From: an uncultured archaeon
GTDB taxonomy: Archaea > Asgardarchaeota > Lokiarchaeia > Sigyniarchaeales > SOKP01
Assembly (NCBI GenBank): GCA_964486045.1
Contig: CAZALK010000001.1
Location: 584,242 to 648,241 of the forward strand
Reading direction: 5' to 3'
Length of the DNA stretch: 64,000 bases
The translations under genes were made by a program, and so were the position numbers. Position 1 is the stretch's first letter; each line of letters opens with the position of its first letter. Of the stretch, positions 20,372-29,576 are shown piece by piece. The notes beneath the pieces were generated by a model. It searched no databases, was not told the DNA's origin, and was given only the letters and a program-made list of their open reading frames with translations.

Positions 20372-20611
20372 CTAACCACCAAAGAGGCTTGGAAGAAATA
20401 AGATTAGTATCATTCCTACCATCATTACAATTAAGAATATACATTGGAACCTTCCTTTCTTTTTCTTCTTTCTTTCACTTTCTACTAAATTGTCTTTGCA
20501 GCTTTGACTACAAAATTTTTTGTCTGTTGGCATAGCTTTGCCACAAATAGGACAATGACTATGAGGTCCCCATTTTTTTTTAATTTGTTCTTTCCATGAA
20601 GATTGAGACAT
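20372..20611 (-). CDS. DUF2116 family Zn-ribbon membrane protein
   Basis: PHSHCPICGK...FCSQSC then basic stretch and TM helix. Confidence 0.85.
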   Translation of the reverse strand: MSQSSWKEQIKKKWGPHSHCPICGKAMPTDKKFCSQSCKDNLVESERKKKKKGRFQCIFLIVMMVGMILILFLPSLFGG

Positions 20612-20689
20612 TTTGTTTTCCTTTAAGTTTTTCTTAGCCTTGAAAGTTATCTTTGTAAAATAATATTATTTAAATAATTTTTGTATTAC

Positions 20690-21400
20690 TCACTCTTTCG
20701 AGATAATTGTACCATTTATTTCTTTTTCTCCACCCCAAAATTTTTTGAATTCGTTTAGGTCTTTACCTGATGTGACTATAACTCGAATATTACTACGTTT
20801 TAAAATTTGTAGCGAGACAAAATCGAAAATTCGATATTCACCTGCAGCAACCTGATCGTCACCTTGAAGATTTAAAAAGAGGTCCTCAAGTTGCTTATAT
20901 GTAAGATGTTTCATCAATTGAGCATTGTTAAACTTTTTAGGATCTTTATCAAATATCCCTTCAACATCTGTTAAGATCACTAACTCTTCTGCTCCACTAA
21001 ATTCTGCAACTTCTAAAGCTACGGAAGTAGTAGATTGACCAGGTTGTAATCCTCCCATAATGATAATCTTATTAAAAAGTAAAGCTAGTGAGAGTTCTTC
21101 CATGGATTTTGGGACTTGAGGATAAGCGAAATCTTGAAGAGAGGCTATTAATAATTTAGAATTAATTCGGGAAACTTCTATTCCAAAAATATCAGATAAT
21201 GCTTCAGATCCTTTCAGAGATCTTACAGTATTTATATATTCTCTTGCAATTGACCCCCCTCCGCAAATAATAATGAATGGTTCAGTGAATTTCCTACTTT
21301 TAAAGATATTACAGAATTCCGTAATTTTTTCAGAATTTATTTTATTATTTTCAGTGAATAATAAAGATCCACCAATTTTTATAACAGTATTTTCATTCAT
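20690..21400 (-). CDS. pyrH: UMP kinase
   Basis: VIKIGGS, GGGSIAREY, MGGLQPGQST, TDVEGIFDKDP. Confidence 0.93.
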   Translation of the reverse strand: MNENTVIKIGGSLLFTENNKINSEKITEFCNIFKSRKFTEPFIIICGGGSIAREYINTVRSLKGSEALSDIFGIEVSRINSKLLIASLQDFAYPQVPKSMEELSLALLFNKIIIMGGLQPGQSTTSVALEVAEFSGAEELVILTDVEGIFDKDPKKFNNAQLMKHLTYKQLEDLFLNLQGDDQVAAGEYRIFDFVSLQILKRSNIRVIVTSGKDLNEFKKFWGGEKEINGTIISKE

Positions 21401-21469
21401 AACATTTTCATTCTAATTTTTTATTTATTAATATATAGATGATTTAATAAATTAAGTTACTTACCTTCT

Positions 21470-22432
21470 ATGGCACCCTATAAAAGAGAAGTTATTGTTG
21501 AAGTACCTCATAGAATTTCTGGTTTTTTTGAAATAGTAGATGAAATTAATGGTACTAAAATAGATAATCCCGAAAGAATTGGATCAAGAGGTGCTGGTTT
21601 CAACTTAAGTGCTGTAGGAAGAACTAAGATTAAGGTTGAAAGGATTAGTAAGATTGACAGTCATGAAATAGGAATTTTTATCAATAATGTAAAGGTTGAT
21701 GAGAAAGCTGAGACGACCTATTACATTTATAATTACATTAAAAGATTTTTAGAAAATTCAGTAAAGATTACAATTTCTCATAACTTTGATTTACCTGTTG
21801 GATGTGGATATGGAGCTAGCGGATCGGGGGCTTTAGGTTCTATTTATGGGTTAAACAATGTTCTCAATTTAGGATTATCAAATATAGAAAAAGGCAAAAT
21901 AGCTCATATTGCAGAAGTTGTGAATCGTACAGGTTTGGGTACTGTTTGTGGACAATTACGCGGTGGGTTATGCATACTTAAAGAACCAGGTTACCCTTGT
22001 GTGACTGAAAGTATTAAGGTGCCTAGAGATTTAAAAATAATCTGTGGATCCTTTGGAATGATACATACGAAGTCCATATTGACAGATCCAGTGTTAAATA
22101 TGAAAATAAAAAGGGCAGGTAGAAAAGCACAAAAAAAGATATTACGAGAACAAAGTGTTGGATCTTTTATAAGAGCGTCAATAGACTTTGTGAAAGAGAC
22201 TGATATACTTGACATTCTTGGTTTATATGAGATAGAAGAGTTAGTTCGACATCTTAATAAATTGAGGATTTTAGGGGCAAGTATGAATCAATTAGGAAGA
22301 TCTGTTTTTGCAATCTGTAAAGAGGAAGATGAGAAACAAGTAAAAGAGATTTTTTATCCCTACGAACCAGAAATAAAAATTTTCAATTTATCTATTAGTA
22401 CGAAAGGGCTACATATTTTAAATACCAAATAA
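21470..22432 (+). CDS. pantoate kinase (GHMP family)
   Basis: PHRISGFF, GSRGAG, PVGCGYGASG, AHIAEV...TGLGTV. Confidence 0.88.
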   Translation: MAPYKREVIVEVPHRISGFFEIVDEINGTKIDNPERIGSRGAGFNLSAVGRTKIKVERISKIDSHEIGIFINNVKVDEKAETTYYIYNYIKRFLENSVKITISHNFDLPVGCGYGASGSGALGSIYGLNNVLNLGLSNIEKGKIAHIAEVVNRTGLGTVCGQLRGGLCILKEPGYPCVTESIKVPRDLKIICGSFGMIHTKSILTDPVLNMKIKRAGRKAQKKILREQSVGSFIRASIDFVKETDILDILGLYEIEELVRHLNKLRILGASMNQLGRSVFAICKEEDEKQVKEIFYPYEPEIKIFNLSISTKGLHILNTK

Positions 22433-22433
22433 A

Positions 22434-23249
22434 CTAAACATTTTCATTCATAGATTTAGATTTTAAGGTTGCAACTTCTACCGCCCTGATAAGTGTGGCC
22501 CTTAATTTTGCGGATTCAATTTCATGAATTGCGGTAATAGTTGTACCTCCCGGAGTTGCCACCATATCCTTTAATTCTCCAGGATGTTTTTTAGTTTCTA
22601 ATACTAATTTTGCAGCACCTAATACTGTTTGGGCTGCTAATTTTACAGCAATGTCTCTAGGAAGTCCCATTTTTACACCCCCATCAGCTAAAGATTCAAT
22701 TATAATAAATAAGTACGCGGGTCCACTTCCTGATAAACCTGTTACTGCATCAAGGTGTTTTTCTTCTAATTCTACCACGAGTCCAAGAGCATTAAATAAA
22801 TTTATAACATATTCCAACTCTGTTTGTTTTATAAACTTATTAGATGATACAACTGAGGCAGCTGCCCTTACTAATGCTGGAGTATTAGTCATAACCCTCA
22901 CAATGCTCACATTTTTATTAAAATATTTGTTAACATGATCTATTGAAATTCCCGCTGCAATTGTAATGATTATATGATCTTCTGTTATTAACGGACTAAT
23001 TTCTTCTAATACACTATCAATCACTTGGGGTAACACAGCCAATATTATGAATTTAGATTCTTGGACTACAAATTTATTACTATCAGCAAAATCCACCTTA
23101 TTTTCAGTGGCTATTTCTTGTAGGATATCTTTTCTTATATCATGAATTATTATTTTTTCACTTTGTATCGTTTTTGAATTAATTAACACTCTCAATATAG
23201 TAGATCCAATTTTCCCTACTCCAATGATGCCCAATTCTTTTTGAAACAT
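22434..23249 (-). CDS. proC: pyrroline-5-carboxylate reductase
   Basis: GVGKIG, RVMTNTP, LSGSGPAY, VATPGGTT. Confidence 0.95.
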   Translation of the reverse strand: MFQKELGIIGVGKIGSTILRVLINSKTIQSEKIIIHDIRKDILQEIATENKVDFADSNKFVVQESKFIILAVLPQVIDSVLEEISPLITEDHIIITIAAGISIDHVNKYFNKNVSIVRVMTNTPALVRAAASVVSSNKFIKQTELEYVINLFNALGLVVELEEKHLDAVTGLSGSGPAYLFIIIESLADGGVKMGLPRDIAVKLAAQTVLGAAKLVLETKKHPGELKDMVATPGGTTITAIHEIESAKLRATLIRAVEVATLKSKSMNENV

Positions 23250-23416
23250 ATATAATAAATTCCAGCAATACTTAAAAATTAAAGGATTTATTCTAAAAGT
23301 GATAAAACAATCTCAAGTAAATCTTAACAAGATAAGTTGTTAAAGGGGATCGTATAGGATAGATCATACCATGAGGAAAAACATTTAGAGAAAAGTGTTG
23401 AATATTGTTCTGTCTC

Positions 23417-24157
23417 TCAATTATATAAATAGGATTTTAAGTTTTCGATTAGATCAGATCTAATTCTTCCATGGTTTCTGTCATGTCCTTCACAAACCAT
23501 ACTTCTGACACCAATAATATCTGGCTTTATTTTTCTAATTTTTGATAAAACACTTTGCTTTAAATTACCAGCTAGAGCAACTTGTAAGTTTAAATTCCCC
23601 GCTTTTTCTTTAAATTCAATTAGTTGGCTAACATTTAAAAAATCAAATAATCCTTTTTTGTCTTTAATGTATGTATCAAGCATAGCAACGTCCGCACCAG
23701 ATTCAGCAGCTATTGTGGGAATTGTAAGGAAATCTAAGGAAGTGTTCATTCTTACATAATCCGCATATCCTGCGGTTACAACCTTAATATTATTATTGTA
23801 ATTTTTTACTGCTTTTACAACATTTTTCATCAACTTTATTCCTTCCTCAACATTTTTGGGACCTTTTAAACCCACTTTTACTATATCCGCACCGGAGACT
23901 GCAGCACCCAATGCCGCTAAAGAGGCAGATCCGGGTAAATTAGGAAAATCACCTATAGTAGCGCTTAACAATTGCGAACTGTTTTTAGGAAGCAGATCTT
24001 TCATTTCTTTTATAATCCAAGGAAAATTCGCTCCAAGTGAACCCTCATCTGGATTTTTACAATCAATAATACCTACTTGAGATGATATCACGATTTTAGC
24101 TTCTTCAATTGTTTTTGGGCTTATCAGAAGTTGAATTTTATGGCACATGACTGTCAT
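23417..24157 (-). CDS. mfnB: (5-formylfuran-3-yl)methyl phosphate synthase (methanofuran biosynthesis)
   Basis: LLISP, IIDCKNPDEGSLGANFPW, SATIGD, MLDT.IKD, ALAG, GVR; ATG 24157 preferred over 24280. Confidence 0.9.
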   Translation of the reverse strand: MTVMCHKIQLLISPKTIEEAKIVISSQVGIIDCKNPDEGSLGANFPWIIKEMKDLLPKNSSQLLSATIGDFPNLPGSASLAALGAAVSGADIVKVGLKGPKNVEEGIKLMKNVVKAVKNYNNNIKVVTAGYADYVRMNTSLDFLTIPTIAAESGADVAMLDTYIKDKKGLFDFLNVSQLIEFKEKAGNLNLQVALAGNLKQSVLSKIRKIKPDIIGVRSMVCEGHDRNHGRIRSDLIENLKSYLYN

Positions 24158-24342
24158 ATATAATTTAAAAATATTAAAAAATTTATTTAAGACGTTAATC
24201 AATTTTTTTTCAAATTTAAGAATAATTATATTAAGATTATCAATATTTAAAAATATCAGAGAGGTTGAAGAATAGAACAATTATATAAAAATTTAAATTA
24301 TATCATTTTTATTAAATATAAAAATATGAATATTAAGTTATT

Positions 24343-24870
24343 ATGTCTCCTAAAGAAATTACCAAATTAGATATAACGAACGAAGTATTTAAAGAACCAA
24401 AAGAGGTAATTGACCAGTTATCTTCGAAGATGGATCTAAAATATACTAAAGTAATACAAACTTATGTTATGGAAGATCGAAGATTGAATTTAACTTTAGA
24501 GAATGAAGGGTCTGGATATTTTAAGGGAAAAGTCGTTTGGATTGGCAATAAAAAGGACGACACAGAAGGATCGATTTTTTGCGTTGATACTAAAGATGAA
24601 ATAAAACAGATCAACCCCACTGCAGAAAATACTGAAAAAGTAATATTAGATGTAAAGAAGGACTTAATCAAAATATCTACTGCCTCGAAGACAAAGTGTT
24701 CTGTGTGTGGGAAAAATATAGAAATTTTTGATGAATTAAATGGTTGTCCTATATGTGAAGCAAAAGCACACAAAGATCATTTAACAGATTGGGTTAGAAT
24801 GAAGCATACATGTCCAGTTTGCAAAAAATCATTAAGTGTTTCCAGCACTGGCGTAATTTTTATAGAGTAA
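24343..24870 (+). CDS. protein with C-terminal RING-like zinc finger
   Basis: CSVC-x12-CPIC-x4-HKDH...W......CPVC. Confidence 0.75.
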   Translation: MSPKEITKLDITNEVFKEPKEVIDQLSSKMDLKYTKVIQTYVMEDRRLNLTLENEGSGYFKGKVVWIGNKKDDTEGSIFCVDTKDEIKQINPTAENTEKVILDVKKDLIKISTASKTKCSVCGKNIEIFDELNGCPICEAKAHKDHLTDWVRMKHTCPVCKKSLSVSSTGVIFIE

Positions 24871-24873
24871 AAT

Positions 24874-25617
24874 TTATACAATAGATAAATTTCTTACTTT
24901 TTCAATATTTATTGTGCCATCATATAAAGCAGTAGCAATTAGTACTCCTGCGAAGTTGAGATTTTTATATTTTAATATATCATCATAATCTTTAATTCCA
25001 CCACCCACAAGAATATTTCCTTGGAATGATTTTTGAATTTCTAGGTATTGTGGAGGAATTCCCCCAATTTTTTGGCCTACCCGGAACAAATCTAGAAGTA
25101 TTAATTCTTTTACGCCGATTTCTTCCATAATTTTAACAATTTCTATTGGGTTTTTATCTTTTACTTTCTCAGCATTTGATATTACTTTCTCTTTATACAT
25201 ATCGATACTAAGAACTAATTTATTCTTTCCTATTATTTTTAGAGCTTCTTTAATTACTTCTAAATTTTTTACCGTTTCTAACCCAATTATCAGTTTATTA
25301 AAATTAAATTTAGAAAAACGTAGAATATCATTAATATCAACTATTCCTAAATCGATCATTACATTAATATCTGATATCTTCAAAATTTTGTTCAAAATGG
25401 GAAAACTAGGTTTTCCTTTAATTATGGCATCTAAATCTGCGATGTAGAAATCCTTGAATTTATAATTAGATGCAAGGATTTTTAAAATTTCGAGTGGTTT
25501 AGATGTTTTAAATAATTTTGAAGTAAGGGGTTTATAGCTATTTCTTTCACCTCTTATTGCATGCACTGATTCTGAATTTAAAATATCTAAAACCGGAATT
25601 ACTTTAAACTCTTTCAT
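24874..25617 (-). CDS. HisA/HisF-related TIM-barrel protein (type found with C1-cofactor genes)
   Basis: VIPVLD...VHA.RG.R..Y.P, YIADLDAI, LLDL.RVG, VGGG; near mfnB. Confidence 0.8.
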   Translation of the reverse strand: MKEFKVIPVLDILNSESVHAIRGERNSYKPLTSKLFKTSKPLEILKILASNYKFKDFYIADLDAIIKGKPSFPILNKILKISDINVMIDLGIVDINDILRFSKFNFNKLIIGLETVKNLEVIKEALKIIGKNKLVLSIDMYKEKVISNAEKVKDKNPIEIVKIMEEIGVKELILLDLFRVGQKIGGIPPQYLEIQKSFQGNILVGGGIKDYDDILKYKNLNFAGVLIATALYDGTINIEKVRNLSIV

Positions 25618-25800
25618 AAATCTCTGAATTAGGACTTGAAAAAAGGTTTTTTGGTTTGAAATTTAATCATTTAATTCTTTATTACATAAATGAAAAATTA
25701 CCTTTATTTGATACTCTCTAATTTTAAAAGAATTATATTTTAATTAACAAATAATAATTTTTTTTTTATATAATAAATACTAAATAATTTTAATAATTAG

Positions 25801-27540
25801 GTGAATTTTAGCATTATGAGTGAAATGAAAACTGAAGTATATATAAACAAGATTATTGAAAATACTGGCTTAACAAGAAAAGAAATTCAAGATATGGTTG
25901 GAGATAAAAAGAATGAATTAAAAGGTTTAATATCTGAGGAGGGAGCATTATTTATTATTGCCAGAGAGTTGGGTGTTGATGTAAAGGAGGAGAATAAAGA
26001 GTTAATACAGGATATCGACATATTTATATCAGATATTTCTCCTAATATGAAAAATATCAATTTAGTTGGAAGAATTAATGAGATCCATCGCGTTAACAAA
26101 TTTAATAAGACCGATGGTGGAGTTGGTTATGTGGGTTCTTTCTTATTACACGATAAGACAGGAGATATTCGAATTGTATTATGGGATGACCAAGTAAATA
26201 TATTTAATGACAATAATTTTGAAATAAATGAATTAGTTAAAATTATAAATGGAACTGCGAGGAAAGGGAGATATGATGAGCTGGAAATACATATCGGAAG
26301 ATTTGGAAAAATAATATTATCTCCTGATGATATAGATTATAAAGATTATCCCAAAATAAAATTTAAATTATCGAACATAAATGAAATTAATTTGGGTCTA
26401 AAATCTATATCAATTGAGGGTAGAATAATTCAGATTTCACCAATAAAAGAGTTTACAAAAAAGGATGGCGAATTAGGGAGGGTAGGATCTCTAACACTTT
26501 TAGATTCTACAGGAGATACAAGATTAACATTTTGGAACGATGATATTGAAAAAATTGAAAAATTAGAAATTAATGATGTCATCACAATATCTAATCTTAC
26601 TCCAAGATTAAATACTTATGATTCTAAATCTATTGATCTGTATGCTAATAGAAGCTCGGTTGTTAAAAAGATATCAAAAGACATACAAATAAAGGGAGAG
26701 TTAGTACAAAATATTGGCATGCTGCAAAATCATAAAGGTATTGTATCATTTAAAGGGAAAATAATATCGATTGATAATTTAAAAACAATTGAATCAAAAT
26801 CTGGTGAAACATTTTCACTTTTAGGATTTGTAGTTAGTGATGATACTGACGGGATTAGAATTACAATATGGAGAGAAAAAGCGGAGGAATTCTCAAAGAA
26901 ATTGTCGATTGGTCAAGGATTATTACTAAAAAACGTTATGGTAAAGTACAGTAGCTTCTCACAAAGAAATGAAATTTCATTAATAAATGAATCAATTTTA
27001 GAATTAAAAGAATTTGAAATTGAGAACTTGAAGACAATAGATGTAACGAAACCTAACTCTCGGGCTAATTTTTCTGGTAATTACAAAAAAATCGACTCAA
27101 TTAATGTTCCGACTAATGTTGAATTAAAGGGTTATATTGCGAAAGATCTCAACAATATAAATATTTATGAAGCATGCATAAAATGCTTTAAAAAAGTGGA
27201 TAACTGTACGTGTAATGAGACAAACGAAACAGAATATCGAATGATTGTTAATCTTTTAATTGATGATGGAAGTGGTTCAATTAGAGTGACATTTATTGGT
27301 GATATAGCAGAAAAGTTTATGATGGTAAAGACAGAAAAACTCGTTCAAATTAAGGAAACTCCTGATTTTGATAAATTTATGGAGAAAAAATCTTCTGAAC
27401 TTTTGGGTAAAGACATAATAATTAAAGGTAAAGCAAAATTCAGCGACTATTCAAACTCTTATGAAATAATGGCTTATGATTTCAAATATTTAAATGTTGA
27501 TGAAGAATTAGAAAGGGAAATAAGAAAAATTGAAACCTAA
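25801..27540 (+). CDS. rpa: replication protein A large subunit
   Basis: LISEEGALFIIARELGV N-domain, repeated D.TG.IR..LW OB folds, CIKC zinc site, DDGSG. Confidence 0.9.
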   Translation: MNFSIMSEMKTEVYINKIIENTGLTRKEIQDMVGDKKNELKGLISEEGALFIIARELGVDVKEENKELIQDIDIFISDISPNMKNINLVGRINEIHRVNKFNKTDGGVGYVGSFLLHDKTGDIRIVLWDDQVNIFNDNNFEINELVKIINGTARKGRYDELEIHIGRFGKIILSPDDIDYKDYPKIKFKLSNINEINLGLKSISIEGRIIQISPIKEFTKKDGELGRVGSLTLLDSTGDTRLTFWNDDIEKIEKLEINDVITISNLTPRLNTYDSKSIDLYANRSSVVKKISKDIQIKGELVQNIGMLQNHKGIVSFKGKIISIDNLKTIESKSGETFSLLGFVVSDDTDGIRITIWREKAEEFSKKLSIGQGLLLKNVMVKYSSFSQRNEISLINESILELKEFEIENLKTIDVTKPNSRANFSGNYKKIDSINVPTNVELKGYIAKDLNNINIYEACIKCFKKVDNCTCNETNETEYRMIVNLLIDDGSGSIRVTFIGDIAEKFMMVKTEKLVQIKETPDFDKFMEKKSSELLGKDIIIKGKAKFSDYSNSYEIMAYDFKYLNVDEELEREIRKIET

Positions 27541-27676
27541 TTCTTTACTATCCTTTTCTATAATTCGTTAAACTCATAAACTAACTTGTATATAAAATTC
27601 AGGTGGAGCTACACACCTTTTGAAGGAAAATTAGTTTAAACTTTATTCTAATACCTAACAATAAAATTCAATACAC

Positions 27677-28111
27677 TTATTGAGAAATCAGACATATATC
27701 GCTAAATTCTTCAGGGTTCTTAATAAGATTATTATATAATTCATGGATCTTCTCAGTAGTTATGTTTAAAAGTTGATGATTGAATGGCCAAACACCAACT
27801 ATTATATCGCCTAATTTTTTAACGTTACCGATTAAATATCCTCTTTTTTCTCCATTTGATGTATAGAGGATTACTAAATAATAATTGAAGTTAAATTTTG
27901 TCTCAGCATTACCCACAACTATAACTTCTTCAATATTTTGAAAAAAAACTATCTTCTTATTTTTTGCACTTAAATTTTTTAATTCCAAAATCAAATTTGC
28001 AGGAATTGTTATGGGATTTTCTACGTTTAAATCTTTAAAACTTAAAGTGAGATTTCTATTCTCAAATTGCTCGATTGCTTTAAATATGACTTTATAAATT
28101 ATAGAATCCAT
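27677..28111 (-). CDS. hypothetical protein
   Basis: 144-aa ORF, no recognised motif. Confidence 0.6.
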   Translation of the reverse strand: MDSIIYKVIFKAIEQFENRNLTLSFKDLNVENPITIPANLILELKNLSAKNKKIVFFQNIEEVIVVGNAETKFNFNYYLVILYTSNGEKRGYLIGNVKKLGDIIVGVWPFNHQLLNITTEKIHELYNNLIKNPEEFSDICLISQ

Positions 28112-28206
28112 ACAAATTGTTAAAATAGATATTTTTTAAATTCTTAATAACTAATCGTTTAATACTTTTGCCAAAAATAAATGCTTGTAATAGTTTAAGA
28201 TAATAT

Positions 28207-28527
28207 TTACTTCTGCTGGATAAGTATATTTTCTTCAGGAAACCCTAAATCGATTAGCAGTTTTTTTATCTTAAATCGATGATCTCCTTGAAGCTCAACT
28301 TCATTATCTCTTACAGTTCCACCAGAGGCGCATTTCTTTTTTGCTTTTGTCAAAATGTTTTTCAAATTTACATCAAAGCTTCCGACAAAAGTAATTACTG
28401 TAACAACACGCCCCCATTTACGCCTATCGTTTGAGATTATTATTTGTTGTTCATCAGCGCTTAAACTATCACAAATACACAGCTCTTTTGGAAAACTACA
28501 TAACGGACATATGTCGTCGTCTTTAAT
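28207..28527 (-). CDS. sui1: translation initiation factor aIF1/SUI1, apparent AUU start
   Basis: CPLCSFPKELCIC, RRKWGRVVTVI, KKKCASGGTV, VELQGDHR, LGF; absent from the ORF track because no ATG/GTG/TTG precedes the zinc motif before in-frame TAA 28534-28536. Confidence 0.92.
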   Translation of the reverse strand: MKDDDICPLCSFPKELCICDSLSADEQQIIISNDRRKWGRVVTVITFVGSFDVNLKNILTKAKKKCASGGTVRDNEVELQGDHRFKIKKLLIDLGFPEENILIQQK

Positions 28528-28754
28528 ACTCTCTTATCACAACCTTCGTTATTCAAAATATATTTATTATTAATTAAAAGGTACTAAGCAATAATAGAAT
28601 AAAATCTTATAAAAATCTTTTTCATTTTAGAAAATAACTCTCTTCTTATTCACCCTATTTAAAAGAAAGCGTAATCAAAAAAGTATATAAAGTTAAATTT
28701 TTATTATTTATAAATAAGTGTGTTCTTTTTGTTTGGAAATTTAGGTGGTTTACG

Positions 28755-29291
28755 ATAGGACAGAGTTCATGGATATTTAAAGTTATAGTGGCTGGTGCGG
28801 GGGGAGTGGGAAAAACAGCAATGATAACACGTTACTGCTCCGGAAAATTCGAAGAAGGTTATAAAATGACAATTGGAGCGGGATTTCACACCAAATCTGA
28901 AGTTCTTGATACAGGAGAAGCCGTTAAAATGCAGTTATGGGATTTTGCTGGTGAAAAGCGGTTTCGTGAACTCTTACCGGATTATTGTAAGGGGGCGAGT
29001 GGTGCTTTTATCTGTTTTGATATTACTGATTATGATACTTTCAGAGAAATTCAGGGGTGGCTTAAAATCATCCGTCAAAAAGCTGGCTTCGTTCCTATAA
29101 TCCTAATGGGTATGAAATGGGACCTCCAAGATCATGAAGTAGATTTTGAAATTGCGAATAATTATGCTCTACAGGCAAAATGTAATCAGTGTGTATTCTG
29201 TTCTTCAAAAGGGGATATAAACATAAATGAATCATTTCAAGCTATGGGAAAATGGTTGATTTACTTCGCAACTCAAACCGATAATAAATAA
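28755..29291 (+). CDS. Rab/Ras-like small GTPase, apparent AUA start
   Basis: IFKVIVAGAGGVGKT, TIG, QLWDFAG, MKWD, CSSK; the beta-1 strand lies upstream of the GTG at 28788. Confidence 0.88.
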   Translation: MGQSSWIFKVIVAGAGGVGKTAMITRYCSGKFEEGYKMTIGAGFHTKSEVLDTGEAVKMQLWDFAGEKRFRELLPDYCKGASGAFICFDITDYDTFREIQGWLKIIRQKAGFVPIILMGMKWDLQDHEVDFEIANNYALQAKCNQCVFCSSKGDININESFQAMGKWLIYFATQTDNK

Positions 29292-29394
29292 AACGAAAAA
29301 TAGTCTAAATTCCTAATTTAAATTAACCTTAATAGAGAAAAAGCTAAATATTATATTAAATAACATAATATATTAAAAAAAAAATAGCAATAAA

Positions 29395-29499
29395 GCCTCC
29401 GTAGCTCAGCTAGGTAGAGCACTCGGCTGTTAACCGAGCGGTCGCATGTTCGATTTCATTGTTCAGTCTCTGGACAAGACGAGTTCCATGCCGGGGGCG
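29395..29499 (+). tRNA. tRNA-Asn(GTT) with T-loop intron (29455-29485, position 59/60)
   Basis: GCCTCCG/CGGGGGC acceptor, CTCGG-CTGTTAA-CCGAG anticodon arm, BHB TTCG/CGAG. Confidence 0.92.
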
Positions 29500-29576
29500 C
29501 AATTTTCTCACTTACTTTTTAGCTTTCTTACTCAAAATAATAGATACATATAATTTTTAAAGTTATAACCGATTCC

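Noticed and set aside
27598-27625. Hairpin TTCAGGTG...CACCTTTTGAA between convergent genes
   Set aside because: Short and imperfect; may be a terminator but cannot be supported
28355-28573. 72-aa + strand ORF
   Set aside because: Antisense shadow of sui1
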